From a bacterium (lineage in GTDB: Bacteria; UBA8248): 64,000 bases of DNA. The notes under the pieces were generated by a model. That model searched no databases. It was not told the origin of the DNA and saw only the letters and a program-made list of their open reading frames with translations. The translations under genes and the position numbers were made by a program. Positions 47,465-57,082 of this stretch are shown here, in pieces. The stretch spans positions 3,904,001 to 3,968,000 of the forward strand of contig OZ242260.1 in the NCBI GenBank assembly GCA_965207065.1. The letters are read 5' to 3'. Numbering within the stretch: the stretch's first letter is position 1; each line of letters opens with the position of its first letter.

Positions 47465-48970
47465 TCATTGGGTGATTTCTTTGGGATCCGCCACGATGCT
47501 GCGCGTCTTCTGGACTTCCACCTCGAACTCGATCTGTGCGGCCTTGTTCTCCGTTTCGAAGGACATTTTTTTCGCTTCGGGAGTTTTCCCCTTGTCCTCA
47601 CCCTTCGACTGGGCCGAGTACGCCTTGAGCATATCCGCAAATCTGATTTCGCCGATATACGAGTCGGGCAGCAGGTACACGTAGCGGAACAGATAGATGT
47701 TCGCCGAAGGGTCGGGGTTCACGAACAACCGGTGACCCGCCTCCAGGGCGTCGATGGCGTCTTTCCCCACACTCGCGCCCTCGCCCAACTTCACTTTGTC
47801 CGATTTCCAGCGGGGCTTGTCCCTGTTCGCGCCGTAGGCCCACAAAATTCTGCTCTGCCCGAACAGCCCGCCGCCTTGTTTGAGCTTGATGCCGACCAGC
47901 TTGAAGCTGATCTGCTCGCGAACATCACTGAACACGGAAGACAAGCCGGCGCGCGAAGCGACGGGGTCATAGCTGATTTCCAGAAAAGCGGCTCTTTTCA
48001 GCTCCGTTACCCATTCGCGGCGCCTTTTGGTGAATTTTTCCTGGAAGAGTTTGTTGCGGATTTTGCCGGACACCCTGTCGAGGGTAATCACTTTCCCCGG
48101 CGTCACGTCATCGACATGGATGACATGGAAGCCCAGCCTGGTTCTCGTCGGCTTGCTCGTCTCGCCCTTCGCCGTCGAGAAAATGAGTTCTTCGAGTTCG
48201 GGAAAGACCTCTCCTTTCTTCACGGAGCCCAACGAGCCGCCCCGGCTTTGGGCGGGGCCTTCGGAATGCTTCTCGGCCACTTTGGCGAAATCAGCGCCGG
48301 GCTTCGTGGCTTCCTCATAAGCGAGGCCCGCTTTCTTGCGCTTCGCTTCGACTTCCGAAGCGGATGCGCCCTTGTCTACGGGCAGGAAAATCTGTCGCAC
48401 CGTCCGCTTCTCGGCTTCGCGGTAGTCATCCAGATGCGCGTCGTAATAATCCGCAATTTCCTGCTCAATCACCGAGACGCGCCCGCCGACTTCCATGTTC
48501 TCCACTTTTCGCGACAGCAACCGCTTGCGAAGCTCGTCGCGATATTTTTCCATCGTCATTCCCTGCGACGATAAAAATTCGCGCAACCCGGCCGTCGTCG
48601 TCTTGTTCTCGCGCAGTATGCCCGCGATCGCATTTTCAATTTCTTTTTCGCTGACTTTCAACTCGAGGGCGGAGGCGCGCTTCACGATGAGTTTGCTCTG
48701 GATCATGGCGTCGAGCGCCTGGAGTTCGAGTTCGCGAATCCGCTGATTCAATTGTTCGCCCTTGTAACGACTCCTCATTTTCTCGACGTTCGGCTTCACG
48801 AAATCCTGGAGTTCGGAAAGCATGATGATGTCATCGTCAATCTTCGCGATGATCCTCTCGATCGTCACCGCGGAGGCGGCGGCCGGGACGGTGGTAGCCG
48901 GGGTGGACACGCCGGCGAGGGCGCAAATCACAATCGCCAGAATGAAACGGCACCTAGCCCGATACGACAT
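47465..48970 (-). CDS. SurA-like parvulin PPIase/chaperone with an extra C-terminal domain
   Basis: Signal peptide, IERIIAKIDDDII, FAKVAEKHSEG, GGSLG, TRLGFHVI; start uncertain. Confidence 0.85.
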   Translation of the reverse strand: MSYRARCRFILAIVICALAGVSTPATTVPAAASAVTIERIIAKIDDDIIMLSELQDFVKPNVEKMRSRYKGEQLNQRIRELELQALDAMIQSKLIVKRASALELKVSEKEIENAIAGILRENKTTTAGLREFLSSQGMTMEKYRDELRKRLLSRKVENMEVGGRVSVIEQEIADYYDAHLDDYREAEKRTVRQIFLPVDKGASASEVEAKRKKAGLAYEEATKPGADFAKVAEKHSEGPAQSRGGSLGSVKKGEVFPELEELIFSTAKGETSKPTRTRLGFHVIHVDDVTPGKVITLDRVSGKIRNKLFQEKFTKRRREWVTELKRAAFLEISYDPVASRAGLSSVFSDVREQISFKLVGIKLKQGGGLFGQSRILWAYGANRDKPRWKSDKVKLGEGASVGKDAIDALEAGHRLFVNPDPSANIYLFRYVYLLPDSYIGEIRFADMLKAYSAQSKGEDKGKTPEAKKMSFETENKAAQIEFEVEVQKTRSIVADPKEITQ

Positions 48971-49928
48971 TTTCAAGATTTTCCAAATAGTATGTGATCT
49001 TCGCATTTCGCTTGAGTTCTCCGAGCCAGCGCTCGAGTCTCGCTCTCCCCTTGTCGGCCAACAGGCGCTTTTTGATGTCATCCCTCACGGAGGCCAGAGT
49101 TTTCTGGAAAGGCAGCCTCCTCTCCGGGACCTCCAGGAGGTGGAAGCCCGCCGGACTCTTGACGACCCGGCTCACCTCTCCCAACTTCAGGGATTCCACC
49201 ACATTCTCGATGTTTTCGGGCAATTCACCCTGCTGAAAGTAACCCAAATCGCCGCCTTCGCCGCTCTCGGGACCGATGGAATGTTCCTGCGCAAGCGCCG
49301 CGAACGATTTCCCCTCGAGAACGAACTTCCTCAACTGCTCGGCCATTTTAGCCGAAGAGACAACGATTTGGCGAACCCGCCAGCGTCTGCCAACCCGGAA
49401 ATTCTCCTTATTGCGGTGATAATAATCTTCAATCTCAGAATCCGAAACCTTCAGCTTCGCATACACCTCCTTTTCCAGCAGGTGTTCAATCTCGAGCGTC
49501 TCGCGCATCGTTTTTCGCCACAACTCCTCGTCGATCCCCTGATCTTCCATGATGACCTTCAAATCCTGATCGCCGTACTGGCGGCGGATGAATTCAATGA
49601 AACGCCTCACCCTGCTCTCGCTTACATATCCGCCCGTCTCCCGGAAACGCTGAAGCAAGAGGCGTCTTTCCACGAGTTGATCCAGCAGGACCCTGGGTAT
49701 GGATTTTTCGGCCTTGCGGGGCGACTCCTGATTCCCGCTCGCCATGAAATGCGCGCGCACGTCCTCACGGGTAATCGGTTCGCCGTTGACCTGCGCCAGC
49801 AAGCGGTTCTTTTCCCCGCTTTTCGTCTGAAGCGAAGAATCACAACCCGCCGCGACGAGCAGCACCAGCCAACAAACCCACGCCCACCGGGTCAGTCCGC
49901 TCCGAATCAGACGCCGCGCACTCCTCAT
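48954..49928 (-). CDS. PpiC-type (parvulin) PPIase, probable lipoprotein
   Basis: Lipobox-like VAAGC, LAQVNGEPI, FAALAQEHS, GGDLGYF, SPAGFHLL; start uncertain. Confidence 0.87.
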   Translation of the reverse strand: MRSARRLIRSGLTRWAWVCWLVLLVAAGCDSSLQTKSGEKNRLLAQVNGEPITREDVRAHFMASGNQESPRKAEKSIPRVLLDQLVERRLLLQRFRETGGYVSESRVRRFIEFIRRQYGDQDLKVIMEDQGIDEELWRKTMRETLEIEHLLEKEVYAKLKVSDSEIEDYYHRNKENFRVGRRWRVRQIVVSSAKMAEQLRKFVLEGKSFAALAQEHSIGPESGEGGDLGYFQQGELPENIENVVESLKLGEVSRVVKSPAGFHLLEVPERRLPFQKTLASVRDDIKKRLLADKGRARLERWLGELKRNAKITYYLENLENVVSG

Positions 49929-49947
49929 ATTCCCCACGATGAGAACC

Positions 49948-52900
49948 TCATGCTTCTCTCGACGCCAACTCGCCTTCCGTGACCTTGCACACTTCCAAAG
50001 CATCCAGCAGTTGCACGAGAAAGTCAAAATCCTCCGGCCAACGCCCGCTGACGCCTGCGCGAAATTCATGGGCGTCTGTGAACACCATGCCCGGCATGTC
50101 GAGAAAGGCGGCCGTCAGCTCATAGTCGCCCGGGAAAACTTCCAGCCGCGCCTCCTTGCCGCGCACGTGGAGAGACTTGATTCCGCAAAGGCGGGCGCGC
50201 AGGCGGATTTCTCCGAGTTGCAGAAGGTGGAGAGCCCGCGCCGGAATCGTTCCGTATTTATCCTGCAGTTCCACGCCCAGTTCGCGCAATTCGGCCGGCT
50301 CCTGCGCCGATGCGATTCGGCGATATACGTCCAGGCGCTCGGCCTGGGCCGGAATCCACGAAGGGGGCAGCGTACCCGCCACCGGCGCGAGGATCTCGGG
50401 TTCGCTGCGATCGACCGTCTCGCCCTTGACCTCCTGCACGACTTCTTCCAGCAGGCGGCAGTACATGTCGAACCCAACGGACGAGATCTGTCCCGATTGG
50501 CGATGCCCGAGCAAATGCCCTGCGCCGCGGATTTCCAGATCGCGCATGGCCAGCTTGAAGCCGGCCCCCAGCTCGCTCAACTCCTCGAGCGCCTGGAGCC
50601 GCTCTCTGGCCTGCTTCGTCATGGAGCCTGCGCCCGAGACCAGAAGGTAGGCGTGCGCCTGGAACCTGTCGCGCCCTACCCGGCCGCGCAACTGGTATAG
50701 CTGCGCCATGCCGAACATGTCCGCGCGGTTGATGACAATCGTGTTGACCGAGGGAATGTCGAGACCGCTTTCGATGATCGTGGTGCACAGCAGCACGTCG
50801 GCCCTCCGGGTCACGAACTGCTCCATCACGTCTTCGAGTTCTCTCTCTTTCATCTGACCGTGACCCACAAGGATGCGCGCGTCGGGCGCGAGTTTCTGCA
50901 AAAGCCGCTTCATGGCGGGGAGGCTCTGCACCCGGTTGTGCACGAAAAACACCTGGCCGCCCCGGTCGATTTCCTTGGTGATGGCGTCTTTGATGAGTTT
51001 TTCGCTGAAGCGCGAGATATACGTGCGCGGCGCGACCCGGTGGCGCGGAGGCGTTTCGATGACGCTCAAATCGCGCGTGCCCGAGAGCGCCATCTCCAGG
51101 GTACGGGGAATGGGCGTGGCGGTGAGCGTCAGTACGTCCACGTCAATACGGATTTTCTTGAGCTTCTCCTTGTGGGATACGCCGAAACGATGCTCTTCGT
51201 CGATGACCAATAGCCCCAAATCACGGAACAACACGTCTTTTTGAAGCAGTCGATGGGTGCCGATGACGATGTCCACGCTTCCGTCTGAGAGTCCTTCCAC
51301 CACCTTGCCCTGCTCTTTTCTGCTCTTGAAGCGCGAGAGCATCTCTACGTGAGCCGCCAGCGATTCGAAGCGATTGCGGAAGGTATCCCAGTGCTGGTGC
51401 GCGAGCAGCGTCGTCGGCACGATGACGGCCACCTGCTTGCCCGCCGAAATGGCCCGGGCGGCGGCCCTGAGCGCCACTTCCGTCTTTCCGTAGCCGACGT
51501 CCCCGCAGATGAGGCGATCCATCGGCCGGGTGCGCTCCATATCCTCCAGCACGGTGCGAATCGCCTGTTCCTGATCGGGCGTCTCTTCGAAACCGAAGCC
51601 GGCCGATATTTCATGATCGAATGCGCCTTCCGCCGAAAAGGCATGCCCCTGGGCAGCGCTCCGCTCCGAATACAGGCGCACCAGATCTCGGGCAATCCCC
51701 TGGAGCGATTTCTTGACGTTGTTCTTCGTCTTGCTCCACCGGTTCCCCCCCAACCTGTCGAGCGGCGGCGCGACTCCCCCTCCACGATATTTGTGGATGC
51801 GCTCGACGTCGTCCATCGGAACGTAGAGCTTGTCGCCTCCCGAATACAGGAGGGTGAGAAATTCGCTCTCCCCGTCGCGGTGTTCGATAACGCGCGTGCC
51901 CATGTAACGGCCGACGCCGTGCTCCACATGCACCACGAGGTCGTTTTCGCTCAAATCCTTGAAGCCCTCTCCGGGCTTCGACTGGGGGAGACGTCGCGAA
52001 TCCCGACCCAAAGCGCCGACGAGCAGGTCCTGCGCGCGGAAGAACACCCTGCGCTCATCGGGCAGCCGGAAACAGGCGCTGAGTTTCCCTTCCACCAGAA
52101 CGACGTCGTAACGCCCATCCATGAGCGAGGCGCCCTTGGGCAATATTTCCACACCCACCTCATGCTCGCGCAAAAGCGCCTGTATCCTGAGCGCGAGGGT
52201 CTTCTCCTCCGCCACGATGACGACGCTCTCATCTTCCCGGCGCCATGCGCGCAATTGGCCCATGAACGCCTCCACCCGCCCCCGGAAAGGGTTGATGCTT
52301 TCCGCGCGCAAGTCCTCGAAGCCCTCTTCGGAATCCTCGGCGCCGAGCCCCAGCGAATGGAACGCCAGGCGCGGCCAGATAGAGAGTTCCTCGCAAACCT
52401 CCTTGGGCGCGAGCCACAAACGCTCGGGCGCGAAGGATACGAGGCCCCTCTCGGGCGCGAGACGAGCCTCCTCGTTCACATCGTCCCACAGCTTCTCAAG
52501 CGCCTCGTCGAAGTTTTCCGCTTCGTTCACAATCCAGAGCGCGCTCCCGGGCGCCACGTCGAACAAAGTTGGCATATCGGACAGGAACATGGGCGCGAGA
52601 CACTCCATGCCCGAAAAATGCCCGTCCGCGTCGAGGTACTCGAGAAGTCGCTCGACTCTTTCGCTCGTATCCGGCGTGGCGGCTTCCATCAGCGCGCGGC
52701 GGCCCCTCTCCACTTCCTCGGGCGAGAAAACGAACTCTTTCGATGGAAAAACGTCTACGCTTTGCAGTGTGTCCTGATTGCGCTGCGTCTGGGGATGGAA
52801 GTTTCGCAAGGAATCTATCTCATCTCCGCGAAGCTCCAGGCGCGTCGGATATGCGTGCTGGGGGGAGAAGAAGTCCAGAATGCCGCCCCTTACGGCGTAT

Positions 52901-53400
52901 TCGCCCGGGGATTCGACCACAGACCTCCTGTGGTACATCAGTGATTCGAGCGAACCGATGAACAGATCGCGCTCAATCTCCATCCCTTCGCGCAAGTGAA
53001 TCATGGCGGCGTTCAAACGCTCGGGCGGAGACATCCGCGTCGCCATGGCCGATGCGCTCACCAGAACGACGCCCCCCTCCCCGCTGCGCAAAAGGCGCAG
53101 CGCGGACATCCGCTCACCGACGATTTCACTGGATGGAGAAAGCCGGGAGAAGGGGTACACGTCCCACGCCGGAAAAGACAGCACCGGAAAATTCCGCGCT
53201 CCTGAAGCGCCCATGAACAGCTTGACGTTTGTTTTGAGCACTTCGAGTCGACGCTGGTCGGCTTCGACGAAAATAACGGGTCCGCCGTGTTCGCGCGCTA
53301 TTCTGGCCAGCCACCAGGCGGTCGAAGCATCGTTCGCGCCGCGCAAGTGAACCCGCTTGACCCCATCGAGGTCCCGAAGCGATGAAAAGAATTCATTCAT
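49948..53400 (-). CDS. mfd: Transcription-repair coupling factor
   Basis: VHVEHGVGRY (CarD-like), CGDVGYGKTEVA, IDEEHRFG, QLRGRVGR, DLEIRGAG. Confidence 0.98.
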   Translation of the reverse strand: MNEFFSSLRDLDGVKRVHLRGANDASTAWWLARIAREHGGPVIFVEADQRRLEVLKTNVKLFMGASGARNFPVLSFPAWDVYPFSRLSPSSEIVGERMSALRLLRSGEGGVVLVSASAMATRMSPPERLNAAMIHLREGMEIERDLFIGSLESLMYHRRSVVESPGEYAVRGGILDFFSPQHAYPTRLELRGDEIDSLRNFHPQTQRNQDTLQSVDVFPSKEFVFSPEEVERGRRALMEAATPDTSERVERLLEYLDADGHFSGMECLAPMFLSDMPTLFDVAPGSALWIVNEAENFDEALEKLWDDVNEEARLAPERGLVSFAPERLWLAPKEVCEELSIWPRLAFHSLGLGAEDSEEGFEDLRAESINPFRGRVEAFMGQLRAWRREDESVVIVAEEKTLALRIQALLREHEVGVEILPKGASLMDGRYDVVLVEGKLSACFRLPDERRVFFRAQDLLVGALGRDSRRLPQSKPGEGFKDLSENDLVVHVEHGVGRYMGTRVIEHRDGESEFLTLLYSGGDKLYVPMDDVERIHKYRGGGVAPPLDRLGGNRWSKTKNNVKKSLQGIARDLVRLYSERSAAQGHAFSAEGAFDHEISAGFGFEETPDQEQAIRTVLEDMERTRPMDRLICGDVGYGKTEVALRAAARAISAGKQVAVIVPTTLLAHQHWDTFRNRFESLAAHVEMLSRFKSRKEQGKVVEGLSDGSVDIVIGTHRLLQKDVLFRDLGLLVIDEEHRFGVSHKEKLKKIRIDVDVLTLTATPIPRTLEMALSGTRDLSVIETPPRHRVAPRTYISRFSEKLIKDAITKEIDRGGQVFFVHNRVQSLPAMKRLLQKLAPDARILVGHGQMKERELEDVMEQFVTRRADVLLCTTIIESGLDIPSVNTIVINRADMFGMAQLYQLRGRVGRDRFQAHAYLLVSGAGSMTKQARERLQALEELSELGAGFKLAMRDLEIRGAGHLLGHRQSGQISSVGFDMYCRLLEEVVQEVKGETVDRSEPEILAPVAGTLPPSWIPAQAERLDVYRRIASAQEPAELRELGVELQDKYGTIPARALHLLQLGEIRLRARLCGIKSLHVRGKEARLEVFPGDYELTAAFLDMPGMVFTDAHEFRAGVSGRWPEDFDFLVQLLDALEVCKVTEGELASREA

Positions 53401-53489
53401 GACGTGAATTTTCTGGTTTCAACTCGAAGCGCATCAGGCGACAAAGTGTGTCGGAGCATACCGCACAGCATGAATAATTTCTGAAATCC

Positions 53490-54746
53490 TTAGTTCAAAG
53501 ACTTCTTGGGGATGACGAAATCCCGGAGCACGTTGGAGGAATTCTTGGGCAACGCGACCTCCGAGCCGTTCAGGGATATCTGCGTTCCCGCCACGTTTCC
53601 TACCGTCAGGACGAACTGATCCGACGCCTTCCAGTTTTTCTCATTGCCGGCCAGCAGGAGAAGTTCTTCCGTGATATTAGAATCGACCACGATCCGAAGC
53701 CACGTGTCTTCGGTCGCAAAAATCTTCAAATCCAGCGGCAACTCTTCGGAGTCGGCCGGGGTCTGCGGCTTTTGTGGCGGGGATTGTTGATTATTCGGCG
53801 CCGTGTTGAGGGCGGTCTGGGTGCTTGCCGGAGCCGATGGATTTTGCAGAGGCGAAGGATTCTCCTCAGGCTGGGCGCTCACTTGAGCCGGCGGGTTTTC
53901 TTGCGTCAGACCCGGTGGACTCTCTTGGGCCTGAACCGGTGGGCTTTCCTGGGCCTGAGCCGGTGGGCTTTCCTGGGCGGGGACAGGCTGCTCGGCCACA
54001 GAATTCTGCCGGGCAGGGACACTTGCTTGAAGCGGAGGCTTCTCCTCTGCCGGAGAGGGTTTTTCTGCCTTTTGAGGGGCCACGGGCTCCTTTAGATTCT
54101 CGTCCGGGACGACAGGACGCTCCTGCTCAGGAACCTTCTTCTCGACTACGTCGGTTCCTCTCTCCGCTTCATCCACATTTTTCGCTTTTTCATTAACGTT
54201 ATTCAGCTGCGGGAGCTTCTCCACAACGGGGTCAACCACGGTTTTGATCCTGTCGACTATCGACCCGATTGGGACGAACTGATCCGTTCGCCCTTTCATG
54301 AACCACAGAATTCCACCGCCGGCGAGAAGAAAAATCAACACAAATGCAAAAGTCGCAACGGAGGAGAATCGATTCACCCGGGAAACGGGGCTGTACAAGG
54401 TGCGGCTCTCGGGCTCCAAGCCAAACGGCTCTAACGGAACCTCGCCTGACGTTTCGCGTTTATAGTTCGCGGCGACGACATTGCTGTCCACGTCGACCGC
54501 ATCCGCAAAAGCGCGAATGAATCCCAGGCCGACAGGACCGGCCGGCAATCTATCGAAATCACCGCGTTCGATACTTTCCAGGTAGTATGTTCGGATTCGT
54601 GTGTGGTCGGAGATCGAGCGCAGGGATACGTCTTTTTCCTCGCGCATACGACGCAGGAAAGGTCCCACACCCTCTTTCTCTATTCGCGCCATCAGAGTCG
54701 GGTCGAAATTTTCCATCCTGCGCCTCATTTCGCCAATATTCAACAA
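53490..54746 (-). CDS. RodZ-like membrane protein (HTH, single TM, Pro/Gln-rich linker, DUF4115-type C-terminus)
   Basis: GPFLRRMRE...TRIRTYYLESIERGDF, TM FAFVLIFLLAGGGILW, WLRIVVD...VGNVAG. Confidence 0.82.
   Translation of the reverse strand: MLNIGEMRRRMENFDPTLMARIEKEGVGPFLRRMREEKDVSLRSISDHTRIRTYYLESIERGDFDRLPAGPVGLGFIRAFADAVDVDSNVVAANYKRETSGEVPLEPFGLEPESRTLYSPVSRVNRFSSVATFAFVLIFLLAGGGILWFMKGRTDQFVPIGSIVDRIKTVVDPVVEKLPQLNNVNEKAKNVDEAERGTDVVEKKVPEQERPVVPDENLKEPVAPQKAEKPSPAEEKPPLQASVPARQNSVAEQPVPAQESPPAQAQESPPVQAQESPPGLTQENPPAQVSAQPEENPSPLQNPSAPASTQTALNTAPNNQQSPPQKPQTPADSEELPLDLKIFATEDTWLRIVVDSNITEELLLLAGNEKNWKASDQFVLTVGNVAGTQISLNGSEVALPKNSSNVLRDFVIPKKSLN
53883..53978. repeat. 24-bp coding tandem repeat (QESPPxQA, about 4 copies)
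   Basis: Unit ctgagccggtgggctttcctgggc with degenerate copies. Confidence 0.8.
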
Positions 54747-54845
54747 AAACGACCCGAAATATGTCGATCCAGTCTATTTCATTACCAGGTCGAAAGTCAA
54801 TGTTGGAGCAATCAGAACCGTCTTAATCCGTCCAAATGAAGTACG

Positions 54846-55748
54846 TCAACAACGCATCAGGTAATCTTTAAGTAATCTTGATGAGGTGATGGACAGAATC
54901 AGGGGTGTTACGTGGCAAATGTTCGGGCGTGAAACGTCCGCGAGCAAAGTGTCCGCGCCTTTGCCGTAGAGCAGGATAGGAACGGGGTTCGTTGTGTGCG
55001 CAGACGTTTCCATGTCCTCCACGTTGCCGTGGTCACTGCTCAGAATGAACGTATCCACATCGGGGTCGATATGCCGGAGCGCGGCCTGCAGGAACCGGTT
55101 CAAATCCGCCAGGACCTCAAGGGCATCCTCGGTGGTTCCGCGGTGTCCGGTGTGATCGGTCTGAAAAAACTCATAGATAAGCAGATCCTTTGTACGCGCC
55201 AGCTTTCCGAGGCGCCCGCCCGCCTCCTCGGCGTCGAGCCTCGCCACGTCATGGCCCTGCTCGAGGATGAGCCCGTTCGTGTAGTCGCGATAAACGGCCC
55301 TGCCCGCGATGAGGTCTTCCAGGCGGTTCAGACGAAGGCCCGCGCTCTCGGCCATCACCGTGGTCACCGAGCGGATGCGGTTTCTGCCGCGCTTGAAAAA
55401 AGGAGGCGTATACGTGTTGGCGAATCCGACGGCTGCGCCCTTCTCACGAGCGCGCCTCAAGAGTCCGTTGCGAGAGATGATGCGGCGCAACTGCGTATTC
55501 GGCAGAGCCTGGACATGCCTGCCCACCGCTTTGGGCGCGTTCACGCCCGTGAACAAAGCGGTTCCGCCCGTCGCGCTCTGGGGGACGCCCTCGACACCGA
55601 GGCAGGCGTCCGCCTCGATGAGGCGGAAACCGGGCGCCTCGTTCCCGCACAAAAGCCCCAGCGGAGGCTCCTTCACGCGGGAGAGCGGGTTGCCCGGCCC
55701 CTGCGGGGCGATTCCCAGGCCGTCCACGAACACGAAAAGGACGGACAT
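54846..55748 (-). CDS. Alkaline-phosphatase superfamily metalloenzyme (phosphoglycerate mutase/phosphopentomutase-like)
   Basis: FVDGLG, PQSATG, TDHTGH, SDHGNVED, HTTNPVP. Confidence 0.8.
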   Translation of the reverse strand: MSVLFVFVDGLGIAPQGPGNPLSRVKEPPLGLLCGNEAPGFRLIEADACLGVEGVPQSATGGTALFTGVNAPKAVGRHVQALPNTQLRRIISRNGLLRRAREKGAAVGFANTYTPPFFKRGRNRIRSVTTVMAESAGLRLNRLEDLIAGRAVYRDYTNGLILEQGHDVARLDAEEAGGRLGKLARTKDLLIYEFFQTDHTGHRGTTEDALEVLADLNRFLQAALRHIDPDVDTFILSSDHGNVEDMETSAHTTNPVPILLYGKGADTLLADVSRPNICHVTPLILSITSSRLLKDYLMRC

Positions 55749-55749
55749 G

Positions 55750-56769
55750 CTATAGCGTTCTTCCGACGGCCTCTGCGAAAACCTTGAGTTCCTCGACCAG
55801 GGTGACGAATTTACCGGGTTTGAGCGACTGTGGTCCGTCGCTCATCGCCCTTTCGGGTTCGGGGTGCATCTCGAGCATCAGGCCGTCCGCCCCGACGGCC
55901 ACCGCCGCTTTCGCCAGGGGCGCGACGTATCGCCAGGCGCCCGCCGCATGGCTCGGGTCCACCACGACCGGCAAGTGCGTCTGGTCCTTGAGCACGGGCA
56001 CGGCGGTGATGTCCAGCGTGTTGCGCGTGGCCGTCTCGAAGGTGCGTATCCCCCGCTCGCACAGCACGACGTTCGGGTTCCCCTGGCTCATGATGTATTC
56101 GGCCGACATCAGTAACTCATCAATCGTCGTGGACATGCCGCGCTTCAGGAATATCGTCTTGTTCGTCATGCCGACTTTCTTGAGCAGCGAGAAATTCTGA
56201 ACGTTGCGCGCGCCGATCTGCAGCACGTCCGCATACTCGCAGCACACATCGATGTCTTCAGAATCCATCACTTCCGTCTGAATGGGAAGCCCCGTCCTGT
56301 CGCGCGCCTCGGCGAGGAGTTTCAGGCCTTCCTCCGCCATGCCCTGGAAGCTGTACGGCGAAGTGCGCGGCTTATAAGCGCCGCCCCTCAGGACGTGGCC
56401 GCCGCCTGCTTTGACCACATCGGCGGATTCCATGATCTGCTCCCTGCTCTCGACCGAGCACGGCCCGCCGACGATGATGATTTGCTCACCGCCGATCTCC
56501 ACTCCCTCGCCCATCGGCAGCTTGCTGCGCTCGGGCCTTCCTTCCGAACTCGCCAGTTTGAAGGGCTTGAGTATGGGCATCGCTTTTTCCACTCCATTCA
56601 ACGAAACGAGTGATTCCAACATGTATTTCCCCCGTTCATCCCCGATGGCTCCGATTACCGTACGCTCCACACCTCTGATGACGTGCTCCTGGTAACCGAG
56701 TTCGTTGATCCTGTTGATGGCGTTTTGAATTTCTTCATCCGTCGCGCCCAGTTTCATCACGATAATCAA
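55750..56769 (-). CDS. aroF: DAHP synthase, class I-beta with N-terminal regulatory domain
   Basis: TTG start after AAGGAG gives [42 protein letters not shown]. Confidence 0.95.
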   Translation of the reverse strand: MIIVMKLGATDEEIQNAINRINELGYQEHVIRGVERTVIGAIGDERGKYMLESLVSLNGVEKAMPILKPFKLASSEGRPERSKLPMGEGVEIGGEQIIIVGGPCSVESREQIMESADVVKAGGGHVLRGGAYKPRTSPYSFQGMAEEGLKLLAEARDRTGLPIQTEVMDSEDIDVCCEYADVLQIGARNVQNFSLLKKVGMTNKTIFLKRGMSTTIDELLMSAEYIMSQGNPNVVLCERGIRTFETATRNTLDITAVPVLKDQTHLPVVVDPSHAAGAWRYVAPLAKAAVAVGADGLMLEMHPEPERAMSDGPQSLKPGKFVTLVEELKVFAEAVGRTL

Positions 56770-56812
56770 AACAAATCTCCTTTTCCCGCTCGGAATTTTC
56801 AGCGTAATTATC

Positions 56813-56844
56813 AAAAAAATCGCCGTGAGGCTGTCCCACGGCGA
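56813..56844 (-). terminator. Intrinsic terminator of the aroF attenuator
   Basis: mRNA UCGCCGUGG-GACAGCC-UCACGGCGA-UUUUUUU. Confidence 0.85.
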
Positions 56845-56898
56845 ATGTTTCTCTATTGTCCGTGGCGACCGGGCTGTCCACCCGCCCGCCGTTCGTTC

Positions 56899-56976
56899 TT
56901 ACATATCGGCGCGCGGACGGACGGTGATAAAGCCGAAAAAAGTATATCCGCCATAAGATCTCTTCATCGTCCGCAT
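56899..56976 (-). CDS. Tyr/Phe-rich leader peptide MRTMKRSYGGYTFFGFITVRPRADM
   Basis: 25-aa ORF with 2 Tyr and 3 Phe within 9 codons, immediately upstream of alternative hairpins and aroF. Confidence 0.75.
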   Translation of the reverse strand: MRTMKRSYGGYTFFGFITVRPRADM

Positions 56977-57082
56977 GGTGACCGCCCTTGAAATTTCAAA
57001 CATTTTAATTCTCTGAAAAACAAGGCCGTAAAATAGTCCTGCTAAAGCAGGTAGTCAACCCCCTGCTTCGGAAATTTACAGA

